DNA of 62,503 nt from an uncultured Eubacteriales bacterium (GTDB lineage: Bacteria; Bacillota_I; Bacilli_A; RFN20; UBA1709), in NCBI GenBank assembly GCA_964367815.1, contig CAYIYR010000006.1:1-62503 (forward strand). The letters are read 5' to 3'. The notes under the pieces are model-generated. The model saw only the letters and a list, made by a program, of their open reading frames with translations, was not told the origin of the DNA and searched no databases. Below, one piece after another: positions 29,467-40,701 of this stretch; the first letter of the stretch is position 1, and the number at the start of each line of letters is the position of its first letter. A program made the position numbers and the translations under genes.

Positions 29467-30378
29467 TTATTTGTAGGAAGGCATGTTGAAGGCACCTTTG
29501 ACAATGCTAACATCAACGATACTGATAAAGGAAGTTGGATCAATTTCATGAATTTTATCAAGCATGCATTTTACTTCGCTTTCTAATACAATCGTTTGAA
29601 CTTCATATCGATGAACTTTGGTATAGGCTCCTTCACAATCAAATACTGTAACACCATGATTTGATATTTTGATCAAGGCCTCAGAGATTTGATCTTTGTA
29701 ATTGGTGACCACTTTGATCATCTTTTTATTATTGCGACGATAGACAGCATTGACTACTTGGCCACTAACATAGATATAAACGACAGTGTAGAGCATCGCG
29801 GCCCATTCCTGAAAGAGTAAACCACCGACGAATAGAATTGCACCATTAATCCAGAAACTATACATGCCAACTTTATTACCGCGTTTGAGACCCATATAGG
29901 TGATAATCACATCGACTCCACCACCTGAGGTCCCAAGCTTTAAGGCGATGCCAGTACTTAAACCAGTTAAGACACCAGCAATAATTGCAATCAATAATTT
30001 ATCGGTAGCGGGATCTAGTTTCATGAAGGCAAAGATGGACTGTGGAATAACGGCATTCAATACTGAAGCCAAGATAACACAGAGAAGGGTAAAGACTGAG
30101 TACCATTTGCCAATCTTTTTAAAAGCCAAGATGAAGATAGGGACGTTTATTATAAAGTAAACTATTGAGTAAACAATGTTCTCATCCCAGCCCAAATGGG
30201 TGACTAATCTTGCTATGATAATTGCGATGCCACTAACGCCACCAGCTAGCATGTTTACCCCTGGAGCTTGGATAAAGCATTTAATTGAAACCGCATATAA
30301 TATAGCCGATCCTATACAACCTATAATCAAAGGCAGAATAGTTTTGAAAGTCACCTTAGTTTTTTTAACTTTTTCCAT
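29467..30378 (-). CDS. YitT-family membrane protein
   Basis: GGVSGIAI, INVPIF, GTSGGGVD, HGVTVFDCEGAYT, IDPTSF. Confidence 0.9.
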   Translation of the reverse strand: MEKVKKTKVTFKTILPLIIGCIGSAILYAVSIKCFIQAPGVNMLAGGVSGIAIIIARLVTHLGWDENIVYSIVYFIINVPIFILAFKKIGKWYSVFTLLCVILASVLNAVIPQSIFAFMKLDPATDKLLIAIIAGVLTGLSTGIALKLGTSGGGVDVIITYMGLKRGNKVGMYSFWINGAILFVGGLLFQEWAAMLYTVVYIYVSGQVVNAVYRRNNKKMIKVVTNYKDQISEALIKISNHGVTVFDCEGAYTKVHRYEVQTIVLESEVKCMLDKIHEIDPTSFISIVDVSIVKGAFNMPSYK

Positions 30379-30782
30379 TTACTTCACTCCGATTTATTAC
30401 CCCCATAGTATACACATTTGTATTTAAAAAGCAATTACAAAAGAGTAGGAAAATTAAATATTGTTTAAAAAGAGATTGGGCAATGTATTTATGAATAAAT
30501 AATGAGTTTGATATCAATAAAAAGAAAGTAAATTTTAAGTAAAAAAATATTGCTTTTTTTGAAGGAAAAAATGTCGAAAATAGTTGTCAATGCGCCAAAA
30601 ACAATTGGTCAAATGACAAATATTACTGCCATACATGTTACAGGGTTTTATGGCTTTGCACAAAAAATATACTGTTTTCCTATGGAAATGGGTTATTTTT
30701 GGTATTTACTCAAATTTATTGCTTTTACGGTTTATTTACAAAATAGATTATGTTATAATCTACCACGAAAGGTGGTGATTGA

Positions 30783-31091
30783 ATGTCAATTTTAGATTCT
30801 ATTCAAGCCGCTGAAGCAAAGGCAGAACAAGCCAAAGTTGCAGCTAACGCTGAAGTTGAAGCCCTAATGGTGAAAGCCAAAAAGGAAGCTGAAGCCGATG
30901 GCGAAGCCCAACTAAAGAAAGCTCAAGCTGAAGCTGATAAGATGACCAAAGATACCCAGGTTAAATTAACCGAGCAATCCAAGGAACTCAAAGCTCAGTA
31001 TGAGAAAGAAGGCAAAGATGTCACTTCATTGGCGGATAGTAGAATTGATATCGCAATTAGTTACATTATGAAGAAGGTTGTCTCATCATGA
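30783..31091 (+). CDS. ntpF: V-type ATPase subunit G/H (NtpF-like stalk)
   Basis: Ala/Glu/Lys coiled coil (IQAAEAKAEQ); first gene of the operon. Confidence 0.75.
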   Translation: MSILDSIQAAEAKAEQAKVAANAEVEALMVKAKKEAEADGEAQLKKAQAEADKMTKDTQVKLTEQSKELKAQYEKEGKDVTSLADSRIDIAISYIMKKVVSS

Positions 31092-33028
31092 TAGTACCAA
31101 TGAAAAAAGCCAAAATTGTTTTCCTCAAAGAAGATGAAGAAGCTGTATTAAAACAATTACAGCGTGTTGGCGAAATTATGGTTATTCCATCAGAGGAAAC
31201 TCATGAGACTCTTGATTCCGCAAAGGAAGAAGCCTTCGTGCAACGTTCCCAAAAATCATTGCAAGTTTTGAAACCATTTGTCCCTAAGAAAAAGCTTACG
31301 GATCCAGATGCTTTCCCAGTTGTCGATTATCAGGATTTTATTAACCCTGATTATGACAATTCAGCGACTTTAGAGAAAATCGAAAAAGCCGATGAAACTA
31401 TTGCAAGATTAAAAGGTGAGAACGATGCCAGTAAGGAATTCATTAAGTCCTTACAACCATGGGCTGATTTGGATGGTAAATTATCTACGATTTACAAAAC
31501 CAAATACACAGTTGTCCATACGGGTTATATTGCTGAAAAGCAAATTGAATCCTTCATGGAACAAATGAAAGCCCTAGATAGCAACAGCGATATCAAATTA
31601 TATGGGGTCGCAGGCGATACCCAAGCTATCTTAATTGTAAATTGGCATGAAGATGACAATTCCATCATGGATCAGACTAAGAGTTCTGGATTCATGGAAA
31701 TTTCTTTACCTAACGAGGATAAATCGGTAAAGGAATTGGTAGACGAAAAGGAGAAAATGATTGAAGCAAATTTGCAAAAAATTGCAACGATCGAAGGCCA
31801 GTTATCCAACCTGGCTGCTAAAGAAAAAGAAATAAAAATCTTTAGCGATCAAATGGAAACGGAATGTGCCATGAAAAAGACACAGGTCCAAACAACAGTA
31901 GAAACAGTCTACTTAGAAGGTTGGGTCAGGTTTGACCGGACCACAAGAGTAGAAAATGCTATTAAGGCAGTTACTGGAGACTACGATATCGAATTCGCAG
32001 ATCCAACCGAGGATGAAACTCCTCCAACCGCACTACAAAATAACAAAATTTCTGCTGACTTTGAACCATTGACAGACATGTATTCTCGTCCAAACTCAAA
32101 AGAGTTAGACCCCAATACCGTCATGTCATTCTGGTACTGGATTATCTTCGGTATGATGATGGCCGATGTCGGCTATGGTCTCGTTCTTGGAATCGCAAGC
32201 TTTGTAATGTTAAAAGTTATGAAGCCAAAAGGAACACTCCAAAAATTACTCAAGATTTTCTTTTACTGCAGTATCACAACCATTATTTGGGGCGTGATCT
32301 TCGGAAGTTACTTTGGAGAAGCATTTTTCCCTCCATTGTGGTTCAACCCACAGACCTATCCAATCGTTATGTTAATCCTAACATTGGTGCTTGGCGTCAT
32401 CCACTTATGCTGTGGCATGATGATGAAATTCATCATGAATGTCAAGAGTGGTCATGTATTTGATGGAATTTTTGATAACATTAGCTGGATTTTGATTTTA
32501 ATCGGATTAAGCCTAACCCTATCACAGTTCTGCGCAAATATGTTGCCAGTAGAATATACTGGTGGGCCAGTAACGATACCACAAATTGTCCAATACATCG
32601 GGTATGGTGTTCTTGGATTTGGAGCTCTAATCGTTCTATTCACAGCTGGCCGTGCTAAAAAAGGCATCGGCAAAGTTATTGGTGGATTAGGCGGTTTATA
32701 TGGTATTACTTCATATCTAAGTGATATCTTATCCTACGCCAGAATCTTAGCCTTAGCGATGTCAGGAGCAATTATTGCTTATGTTATGAACTTACTTGCC
32801 GGAATGGTAAGCGGTTCTATCCCAGTCATTGGCTGGATCTTCGCTATAGTTATCTATATTGGTGGACACATATTCAACCTTGCTATGAGTTTGCTATCAG
32901 CCTATGTGCATGACTGCAGACTACAGTATATTGAATTCTATGGAAAATTTTTCGAGGGTGGCGGTGTCGATTTCAAACCGTTAACACTTCAATACAAGTA
33001 TATTTATGAAATCAACGATAAGAAATAA
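31088..33028 (+). CDS. ntpI: V-type ATPase subunit I
   Basis: FGMMMADVGYG, SDILSYARILAL, VHDCRLQYIEFYGKFF. Confidence 0.95.
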   Translation: MIVPMKKAKIVFLKEDEEAVLKQLQRVGEIMVIPSEETHETLDSAKEEAFVQRSQKSLQVLKPFVPKKKLTDPDAFPVVDYQDFINPDYDNSATLEKIEKADETIARLKGENDASKEFIKSLQPWADLDGKLSTIYKTKYTVVHTGYIAEKQIESFMEQMKALDSNSDIKLYGVAGDTQAILIVNWHEDDNSIMDQTKSSGFMEISLPNEDKSVKELVDEKEKMIEANLQKIATIEGQLSNLAAKEKEIKIFSDQMETECAMKKTQVQTTVETVYLEGWVRFDRTTRVENAIKAVTGDYDIEFADPTEDETPPTALQNNKISADFEPLTDMYSRPNSKELDPNTVMSFWYWIIFGMMMADVGYGLVLGIASFVMLKVMKPKGTLQKLLKIFFYCSITTIIWGVIFGSYFGEAFFPPLWFNPQTYPIVMLILTLVLGVIHLCCGMMMKFIMNVKSGHVFDGIFDNISWILILIGLSLTLSQFCANMLPVEYTGGPVTIPQIVQYIGYGVLGFGALIVLFTAGRAKKGIGKVIGGLGGLYGITSYLSDILSYARILALAMSGAIIAYVMNLLAGMVSGSIPVIGWIFAIVIYIGGHIFNLAMSLLSAYVHDCRLQYIEFYGKFFEGGGVDFKPLTLQYKYIYEINDKK

Positions 33029-33056
33029 TTAAAACAGAAAAGGAGAAAATAAAAGT

Positions 33057-33554
33057 ATGTTTGAATTTTTATCAGGTCAAGCAATTGCCATTATCGGCGC
33101 TGCTTTAGCCGCTGCTCTATCTGGATGTGGATCCGCTATTGGTGTTGGTATTGCTGGTAGATCCGCCGCAGGCGTTATGTCCGAAAAGCCAGAATTATTT
33201 GGTAAATTATTAGTTTTACAAGCTCTTCCTGGAACCCAGGGTATCTATGGCTTCTTAGCCGCAGTCTTAATCATGACCAACATCGGTGTCCTCGGTGGAA
33301 CTGATTTAGGTGCCATGTCTGACACTGTTGCCGCTCAACGTTTAGGCTGGGCCTATTTTGGCGCTGGCTTACCAATCGCTATTGCTGGATTAATCTCCGC
33401 TATTTATCAGGGTGTTGCTGCATCAGCTGCTATCCAAATGACTGGAAAAGATCCATCACAATTTGCTAAAGGCATCACAATGACCGCCTTAGTCGAAACC
33501 TACGCTATTCTTGCCCTACTAGTTTCCATCTTACTCATCTTCGGAATTAAGTAG
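33057..33554 (+). CDS. ntpK: V-type ATPase subunit K (4-TM rotor, Na+-type)
   Basis: LPGTQGIYG, SAIYQG, LVETYA match the E. hirae NtpK Na+ ligands. Confidence 0.95.
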   Translation: MFEFLSGQAIAIIGAALAAALSGCGSAIGVGIAGRSAAGVMSEKPELFGKLLVLQALPGTQGIYGFLAAVLIMTNIGVLGGTDLGAMSDTVAAQRLGWAYFGAGLPIAIAGLISAIYQGVAASAAIQMTGKDPSQFAKGITMTALVETYAILALLVSILLIFGIK

Positions 33555-33563
33555 GTGTTTAAA

Positions 33564-34187
33564 GTGAGTTCTATCTATTCAAAAATTGAAGAAAAAGGAA
33601 AAGTAGAGGCAAAAGGGATTGTTGAGGCTGGAGCCGTTCAAGCCGAAGCCTTGAAAAAGAGCATTAAAGAAGGTTATGACAAAGAATATAAGAAAATTAT
33701 TGATGATGCAACCCGTTCTAATGCTGATTATCTAAAGACAAATATTACACAAATCGAACAACTTGCCAAACAAAAAGCCTTGTACGCCAAGAAAGCAATT
33801 ATTGACAAAGCCGTTGCTTCCGCTCATGAAAAGCTAATGAAGATTAGTGATAAAGAGCTAAGTGATTTGGTTGTCAAAACAATCGCTGGTGATGATATTC
33901 AAGGCAACGAGACCTTAAAGGTGTCAAAAGAAGATTACAGCAAATACCTAAAACTCTTCGCTAGTGAAAAAGAAGGAGATAAAGTCGTTCTTGATGTTTT
34001 GAACAAAAAATTAGGTTCAAAATACAAACTAACACTTTCCAAAGAATCGGTCGCCATTAAAGGTGGATTTGTTCTCGTTGGTGCCAGTTATGATGTTGAC
34101 CACTCTTTCAAGGTATTGCTAGATGATCTCAAAGAAAAATACGAATCCGAAATTGCAGAATTGCTTTTCGGTAATGGAGCGAAATAA
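33564..34187 (+). CDS. ntpE: V-type ATPase subunit E
   Basis: Coiled-coil N-terminus, IKGGFVL; position in operon; GTG 33564 after AGGTG. Confidence 0.85.
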   Translation: MSSIYSKIEEKGKVEAKGIVEAGAVQAEALKKSIKEGYDKEYKKIIDDATRSNADYLKTNITQIEQLAKQKALYAKKAIIDKAVASAHEKLMKISDKELSDLVVKTIAGDDIQGNETLKVSKEDYSKYLKLFASEKEGDKVVLDVLNKKLGSKYKLTLSKESVAIKGGFVLVGASYDVDHSFKVLLDDLKEKYESEIAELLFGNGAK

Positions 34188-35131
34188 TGGATTACAGTTA
34201 TGCTAGTGGCGCCGTAAAAGCTGCCGAAGTTAATCTATTCGATAAAACCAAATTGGCGAAGCTCTTCCGTTGTAATGATGGAGAATTCTGCCAGGCTTTA
34301 TTAGATATGGGTTATGGCGCTGGAACGACACTAGAAGGAATTATCAACGCTGAGTTGGTTAAGACAAAGAAATTCTTGCAGGGAGTCACTCCTAACGATG
34401 ATGTTATGAACCTTTTCTATTTAAGAAATGATGCTCAAAACATTAAAGTTATTTACAAATCAAAAGTGTTTGACTTACCACACCATGATAACTTTGTCGA
34501 TGCTGGTGTTATCTCTAAAGATGTGTTATTAGAATACATCCTCCATGATAATACTAACAAAGTTCCTGATGCCTATGTTCCTCTATTAAAGGACATTGGA
34601 GCTAAAGTCGCCAATATCAAGAATGCCCGTGTATTGAGTGCAAAAATTGATAGCTGCGTCTTTGCTTACATCTTCGAGCAACTTAATGTACATAAAGATG
34701 AAGCCCTAAAGGTTTATTTCCAAAACTTTATCAACTTCGCAAATATTATGACATTAGTTCGCTGCCAAGCTCTAAAATGGGGCTTAGACAAATTCTTAGA
34801 GATGTACATCGAAAATGGCACCATTGATAAAGATAGTTTCGTCTCCGCATATTCTTTGGCAAGTGAAGGCTTATATAAGCATTTCATGAAAAAAGATTAC
34901 GGTGAAAAGATTTCAAAGGGATTAAAGGTTTATACCGAAGATATGGATCTTAATCATCTTGAAAAATTCCTAGATGAATTAATGCTTGTAATCATGAAAG
35001 ATTACAGTATCAAATTTTCGACAGTTGGACCTTTGGTCTATTACTATTTAGAAAAACAAGCAGAAGCAAAAAATATCCGTATGATCTATTCAAACCGTGA
35101 AACGGATGTCGCTGATCTTCTCAACTATTAG
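34187..35131 (+). CDS. ntpC: V-type ATPase subunit C
   Basis: YSYASGAVKA, DAQNIKV, EAKNIRMI; position in operon. Confidence 0.85.
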   Translation: MDYSYASGAVKAAEVNLFDKTKLAKLFRCNDGEFCQALLDMGYGAGTTLEGIINAELVKTKKFLQGVTPNDDVMNLFYLRNDAQNIKVIYKSKVFDLPHHDNFVDAGVISKDVLLEYILHDNTNKVPDAYVPLLKDIGAKVANIKNARVLSAKIDSCVFAYIFEQLNVHKDEALKVYFQNFINFANIMTLVRCQALKWGLDKFLEMYIENGTIDKDSFVSAYSLASEGLYKHFMKKDYGEKISKGLKVYTEDMDLNHLEKFLDELMLVIMKDYSIKFSTVGPLVYYYLEKQAEAKNIRMIYSNRETDVADLLNY

Positions 35132-35143
35132 GAGGAATGAACA

Positions 35144-35458
35144 ATGGAAAAAATTGATATTGCTGCAATTGGTAATAGTGATGAAATCTTCTTGTTTAAT
35201 GCCGTTGGTATTAACACCATCGTAGCAAAAACTCCTGAAGATGCCGATAAAAAGATTTATGAACTTTCCCAAGCTGGGTGTAAAATAGTTTACCTATTTG
35301 AAGAATTATATTCACAGATGGATGAGACTTTAGAAAAATATAAAGCGAAAACCTTCCCAATTATAATTCCTATCCCATCACAAAAGGGTAGTCAAGGAAT
35401 CGGCGAGCAGAAAATTAGAGACAATGTTGAAAAGGCCATAGGCATGGATATTCTATAG
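35144..35458 (+). CDS. ntpG: V-type ATPase subunit F (NtpG)
   Basis: IAAIG, PIIIPIP, NVEKAIGMDI. Confidence 0.9.
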   Translation: MEKIDIAAIGNSDEIFLFNAVGINTIVAKTPEDADKKIYELSQAGCKIVYLFEELYSQMDETLEKYKAKTFPIIIPIPSQKGSQGIGEQKIRDNVEKAIGMDIL

Positions 35459-35474
35459 AAAGGGTGAGAGATTG

Positions 35475-37256
35475 ATGAATGAAAATAAAGTAGGAGTCAT
35501 CTCTAAAGTTGCCGGACCATTGATTGTTGCAAAAGGTATGACTGGAGTACAAATGTACGACGTTGTCCGTGTTAGCGATAAGAAATTAATCGGTGAAGTT
35601 ATTGAACTAAGAGGCGATCAAGCATCCATCCAAGTTTATGAGGAAACTGCAGGTTTAGGACCTGGCGAGCCAGTGTATTTCACAAATGCTCCACTATCAG
35701 TTGAACTCGGACCTGGATTGATCGAAAGTATCTATGATGGTATTCAACGTCCATTAAACGTTATTTATGATCGCGCCGGAGATAAGATTCCATTAGGTAT
35801 TGAAGTACCAAAGTTAAATAGAGAAAGAGAATGGGATTTCAAAGCTGTTGCTAAAGTTGGCGATAAAGTCACTGGAGGAGATATCCTCGGTACAGTAGTT
35901 GAAACCAAAGCCGTTCTTCACAAAGTCATGGTTCCTCCAACAATGAAGGGAACTGTTACTTGGATTCAAGACAATCCAAAAGCAAAAGTTGAAGATGTCG
36001 TTTGCAAATTAAAAGGCGAAGATGGCAAAGAAGTTGAGTTAAATATGATTCAACGTTGGCCAGTTCGTATTAGAAGACCATATGCTGAGAAATTAGCACC
36101 AACCCAACCAATGGTTACTGGTCAAAGAGTTATTGATACTCTATTCCCAATTGCTATTGGCGGTATCGCTGCTATCCCAGGACCATTCGGTTCCGGTAAA
36201 ACTGTCGTTCAACACCAATTAGCCAAATGGGCCGATGCTGATATCGTTATCTTCGTTGGTTGTGGTGAACGTGGAAATGAAATGACCGATGTTCTGATGG
36301 AATTCCCAGAACTAAAAGATGCCAAAACTGGTGACACAATTATGAAACGTACTGTCTTGGTTGCTAATACTTCTAACATGCCTGTTGCAGCTCGTGAAGC
36401 TTCAATTTATACAGGTATCACCATCGCGGAATATTACCGTGATATGGGTTACAAAGTCGCTGTCATGGCTGACTCCACATCCAGATGGGCCGAAGCTCTT
36501 CGTGAGATGAGCTCCCGTCTAGAAGAAATGCCTGGTGAAGAAGGATATCCTGCATATCTATCATCACGTTTGGCTGAATTCTATGAAAGAGCCGGTTATG
36601 TTAAATGTTTAGGCAGTGAAGGCCGTACTGGTGCAGTTAGTGCTATCGGTGCTGTCTCCCCTCCAGGAGGCGATACCTCCGAGCCAGTTTCTCAGGCTAC
36701 ATTGAGAATTGTTAAAGTATTCTGGGGCTTAAGTGCTCAACTAGCATATAAGAGACACTTCCCAGCCATTGACTGGTTGAAGAGTTATTCTCTATATGAT
36801 GATGTTCTCGAAGAATACTATGATAAGAACGTTAAAAAAGGCTGGGCTGCCCAAGTTCGTACAGCCAGAGCTATCCTCCAAGATGAAGCCAAACTTGATG
36901 AAATCGTTCGTCTAGTTGGTGCTGATTCATTGGAATTCCAAGATCGTTTAACTCTAGAATGTGCTAGAAGTATTCGTGAAGACTATTTACACCAAATCGC
37001 CTTCCACGAAGTTGATACCTATACATCCTTAAATAAACAATATGGAATGATGCACTTAATCCTTGATTGGTACAAGCAAGGTCAAGAAGCTTTGAAGAAG
37101 AATGTTTCCTTCAACAAGATTGCTGCGATGGAAGTCCTTGAAGACATCGGTCGTATGAAATATGTTCCAGAGAAAGATTTCGATACTAAGTATGCTGAAG
37201 TTTCTGCCAAGATTGTTGCTGATTATCAAGAATTAGTTAAAGGAGGACAACAATAA
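35475..37256 (+). CDS. ntpA: V-type ATPase subunit A
   Basis: [31 protein letters not shown]. Confidence 0.97.
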   Translation: MNENKVGVISKVAGPLIVAKGMTGVQMYDVVRVSDKKLIGEVIELRGDQASIQVYEETAGLGPGEPVYFTNAPLSVELGPGLIESIYDGIQRPLNVIYDRAGDKIPLGIEVPKLNREREWDFKAVAKVGDKVTGGDILGTVVETKAVLHKVMVPPTMKGTVTWIQDNPKAKVEDVVCKLKGEDGKEVELNMIQRWPVRIRRPYAEKLAPTQPMVTGQRVIDTLFPIAIGGIAAIPGPFGSGKTVVQHQLAKWADADIVIFVGCGERGNEMTDVLMEFPELKDAKTGDTIMKRTVLVANTSNMPVAAREASIYTGITIAEYYRDMGYKVAVMADSTSRWAEALREMSSRLEEMPGEEGYPAYLSSRLAEFYERAGYVKCLGSEGRTGAVSAIGAVSPPGGDTSEPVSQATLRIVKVFWGLSAQLAYKRHFPAIDWLKSYSLYDDVLEEYYDKNVKKGWAAQVRTARAILQDEAKLDEIVRLVGADSLEFQDRLTLECARSIREDYLHQIAFHEVDTYTSLNKQYGMMHLILDWYKQGQEALKKNVSFNKIAAMEVLEDIGRMKYVPEKDFDTKYAEVSAKIVADYQELVKGGQQ

Positions 37257-38635
37257 TGCCAAAAGAGTATAAAACAATTAGGGAAGTTGTTGGCCCACTT
37301 ATGATCGTTGATGGCGTCGAAGGCGTCAAATACGATGAATTAGTTAGAATTAAACAAGCGAATGGTGAAGAGCGTTTAGGAAAAGTTCTTGAAATCAATG
37401 AAGATAGAGCTGTTGTCCAGTTGTTCACAAGTTCCCAAGGTTTAAAGATCGATACTGCTAAAGCCATCTTCTTAGGACATGGGACCCAATTAAAATTAGC
37501 ACCAGATATGCTCGGTAGAGTTTTTGATGGTTTGGGCAATCCTATCGATGGTGGCGGCGAAGTTATCCCTGTTAAAATCGAAGATATTAATGGTTCACCA
37601 ATGAACCCAGTTGCTAGAGACTATCCTTCAGAATTTATTCAAACTGGTGTTAGTGCCATTGATGGTCTAAACACTCTAGTTAGAGGACAGAAATTACCTA
37701 TCTTCTCTGGTTCTGGTTTACCACACGCCAAACTAGCAGCTCAGATTGCTAGACAAGCCAAGGTTAGAGGATCCGGCGAAAACTTCGCTGTTGTCTTCGC
37801 AGCCATTGGTATTACCTTCGAAGAAGCCAACTTCTTCATCACCGATTTCAAAAAATCAGGTGCTATTGAAAGATCAGTTCTATTCATGAACTTGGCTAAT
37901 GACCCGGCTATCGAAAGAATTGCCACTCCTCGTATGGCCATTACCTGTGCTGAATACTTAGCTTATGAACTAGGCATGCACGTTTTGATTATCTTAACCG
38001 ATATCACAAACTATGCTGAAGCTCTACGTGAAGTCTCAGCTGCTCGTAAGGAAGTACCAGGACGTCGTGGTTACCCAGGTTACATGTACACAGACTTAGC
38101 CTCATTATATGAAAGAGCTGGAAGAATTAAAGGAAAGAACGGTTCCGTTACACAAATTCCAATTCTATCCATGCCAGAAGATGATAAGACTCACCCAATT
38201 CCAGACTTAACTGGATATATCACTGAAGGTCAGATTATCATTTCCCGTGAACTTTATAACAAAGGTTTAGTACCACCAATTGATGTTTTGCCATCACTAA
38301 GCCGTTTGAAAGATAAAGGTATCGGTAAAGGAAAGACCCGTGAAGACCACTCCTCAACCATGAACCAGTTGTTCGCAGCTTATGCTCGTGGTAAAGAAGC
38401 TAAAGAATTGGCCGCCATCCTCGGCGATGCTGCCTTATCAGATGTCGATAAATTATATAGTAAATTTGCCAACGAATTCGAACTCCAATATGTTTCCCAA
38501 GGTTATTACACCAACAGAAGCATTGAAGAGACATTGGAATTAGGTTGGAAATTACTAACCATCTTACCAAAATCCGAACTAAAGAGAATTGACTTAGAGT
38601 TAATTGATAAGTACTATCCAAAAGTTGGTGAGTAA
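37256..38635 (+). CDS. ntpB: V-type ATPase subunit B
   Basis: [44 protein letters not shown]. Confidence 0.97.
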   Translation: MPKEYKTIREVVGPLMIVDGVEGVKYDELVRIKQANGEERLGKVLEINEDRAVVQLFTSSQGLKIDTAKAIFLGHGTQLKLAPDMLGRVFDGLGNPIDGGGEVIPVKIEDINGSPMNPVARDYPSEFIQTGVSAIDGLNTLVRGQKLPIFSGSGLPHAKLAAQIARQAKVRGSGENFAVVFAAIGITFEEANFFITDFKKSGAIERSVLFMNLANDPAIERIATPRMAITCAEYLAYELGMHVLIILTDITNYAEALREVSAARKEVPGRRGYPGYMYTDLASLYERAGRIKGKNGSVTQIPILSMPEDDKTHPIPDLTGYITEGQIIISRELYNKGLVPPIDVLPSLSRLKDKGIGKGKTREDHSSTMNQLFAAYARGKEAKELAAILGDAALSDVDKLYSKFANEFELQYVSQGYYTNRSIEETLELGWKLLTILPKSELKRIDLELIDKYYPKVGE

Positions 38636-38637
38636 GT

Positions 38638-39309
38638 ATGGCACTAATGAATGTAAATCCTACCCGTATGGAGCTAGGAAAGTTAAAGAAAGGTTTAGCA
38701 TCAGCTACTAGAGGCCACAAACTTCTAAAAGATAAGCAAGATGAAATGATTCGTCAGTTTATGCTAATCATTCGTCAAAACCAGTCTTTACGTCATGATA
38801 TTGAATCAGAACTAGCACACATTATGAAAAAATTCGCCACTGCTCAATTAACAATGAGCTATGCCGGATTGATGGAAGCCTTAATGGTCCCGTCTAAGAG
38901 TGCAACTGTTGAAGTTAACACCAAGACGATTATGAGCATTAAAGTTCCAGCGGTAGAGTTTGCTGCTGATGATGGCAATCTCGATTTAACTTATGGTTTT
39001 GCCTTCACCCCAAGTGAATTAGATGGTGCGATACTCTCCTTATCAAGATTACTTCCCAAATTAATTGAACTAGCGCAGATTGAAAAAACCTGTGATATGC
39101 TAGCCAATGAAATTGAGAAGACTCGTAGAAGAGTTAATGCCATTGAGTATGTTATGATCCCAGATTATATTGATACTATTCACTTCGTTTCTATGAAGCT
39201 CGATGATAACGAAAGAAGTAATATCATTCGTTTGATGAAGAGTAAGGACCTAATCCTTGCTAAAGAGCTAGAGGCCAGCAAAAAGCGGGCAGCAGCGCAA
39301 GCTCAATAG
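38638..39309 (+). CDS. ntpD: V-type ATPase subunit D
   Basis: NPTRMEL, RGHKLLKDK, EKTRRRVNAIE. Confidence 0.96.
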   Translation: MALMNVNPTRMELGKLKKGLASATRGHKLLKDKQDEMIRQFMLIIRQNQSLRHDIESELAHIMKKFATAQLTMSYAGLMEALMVPSKSATVEVNTKTIMSIKVPAVEFAADDGNLDLTYGFAFTPSELDGAILSLSRLLPKLIELAQIEKTCDMLANEIEKTRRRVNAIEYVMIPDYIDTIHFVSMKLDDNERSNIIRLMKSKDLILAKELEASKKRAAAQAQ

Positions 39310-39331
39310 TAACGCTACTCATAACAAAACT

Positions 39332-39358
39332 AAGCCGGGGTAAAACCTCGGCTTTTTT
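39332..39358 (+). terminator. Terminator of the ntp operon
   Basis: AAGCCGGGG-taaaa-CCTCGGCTT + T-run. Confidence 0.8.
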
Positions 39359-39435
39359 CTTTTCTTTTTCTATTATTTAATCTTTTCATATTCTACATAA
39401 AGTACTATAATAGAAATATTAAGGAGGACTATATA

Positions 39436-40662
39436 ATGAAAAAATCAATCCTACAAAAATACGCCAAGCTATTAGTAGTTAAAGGCGTCAATCTACAAAA
39501 AGGCCAAGAACTAAATATCTTTGCCGCTGTCGACCAAGCCGATTTAGTAACAATGGTAGTTAAAGAAGCTTATAAAGCTAAAGCCAAAAGTGTCCGTGTT
39601 GAATGGATTTGCACTGGTGTTGATAGATTAAACTATAAGTATCAAACAGTTGAGACTCTAGCTCATTACGAGAAGTGGCAACTTGAAAAATTGCAACACC
39701 GCGTTGATGTCTTACCAGCTAGACTTTATATTGTTAGCGAAGATCCTGACGCTATGAAGGGAATCAATCCTGCAAAGATTTCTAAAACTAGAATGAAATC
39801 ATTCCCAATTATCAAACCTTATCTAGACCAAGTTGAGAATAAGGAACAGTGGTGTATTGCTGGTGCAGCCGGAACCGAATGGGCCAAGAAAGTTTTCCCT
39901 GAACTGTCACCAAAGAAAGCACGCGAAAAACTATGGGAAGCAATTCTATACACTTCCAGAGTCTGGGATGATCCAATTGCAGAATGGGAGAAACACAATA
40001 AGAATTTAAGCGAGAAATGTGCTTATCTAAATTCACTCCATTTAAGCAAGATGCATTATACATCCAAAAATGGAACCGACTTTACCGTTGGTTTAATGCC
40101 TCAAGGCTTATTCTTAGGCGGTTCGGAAAAAGCTTTAGGAAGCAACATTATCTTCAATCCTAATATTCCTTCCGAGGAATGTTTTACTACCCCTAAGAAA
40201 GGTGTTGCTGATGGCATTGTCTATGCCACCAAACCATTATCCTATCAGGGACAATTAATTGAGAATTTCAATGTTCGTTTTGAAAATGGTAAAGCTGTTG
40301 AAGTTCACGCTGAAAAGGGTGAAGAACTATTGAAACAAATGATTGCTATGGATGAGACCGCTTGTTTTATTGGTGAATGTGCCTTGATTCAATATGATTC
40401 TCCAATTAACAATACAAACATTCTTTTCTTAAATACCCTTTATGATGAGAATGCTTCTTGTCACTTAGCTCTGGGAATGGGCTTTACTAATTGCATTAAA
40501 GATTATGAAAAATATACCAAAGAAGAAATGATGGCGATGGGTGTCAATGATTCCATGATCCATGTTGACTTCATGATTGGTAGCAAAGATATGAACATTG
40601 TTGGTATCACTGAAGATGGCAAAAAAGTTCAAATCTTCAAGGATGGCAACTGGGCATTTTAA
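39436..40662 (+). CDS. pepS: Aminopeptidase II (M29, AmpS/PepS)
   Basis: NIPSEECFTTP, GECALI, LYDENASCHLALG, NDSMIHVDFMIG. Confidence 0.92.
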   Translation: MKKSILQKYAKLLVVKGVNLQKGQELNIFAAVDQADLVTMVVKEAYKAKAKSVRVEWICTGVDRLNYKYQTVETLAHYEKWQLEKLQHRVDVLPARLYIVSEDPDAMKGINPAKISKTRMKSFPIIKPYLDQVENKEQWCIAGAAGTEWAKKVFPELSPKKAREKLWEAILYTSRVWDDPIAEWEKHNKNLSEKCAYLNSLHLSKMHYTSKNGTDFTVGLMPQGLFLGGSEKALGSNIIFNPNIPSEECFTTPKKGVADGIVYATKPLSYQGQLIENFNVRFENGKAVEVHAEKGEELLKQMIAMDETACFIGECALIQYDSPINNTNILFLNTLYDENASCHLALGMGFTNCIKDYEKYTKEEMMAMGVNDSMIHVDFMIGSKDMNIVGITEDGKKVQIFKDGNWAF

Positions 40663-40701
40663 AAAAATAAGGTCTTGAGAATTAACTCAAGGCCTTTTCT
40701 T

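Noticed and set aside
30379-30782. Na+-sensing riboswitch before the ntp operon
   Set aside because: No convincing structure or terminator seen by eye, and the apparent promoter lies close to the first start codon.
30550-30795. 81-aa ORF upstream of the ntp operon
   Set aside because: TTG start, spans the promoter region (TATAAT ~30754) and has no protein-like motif.
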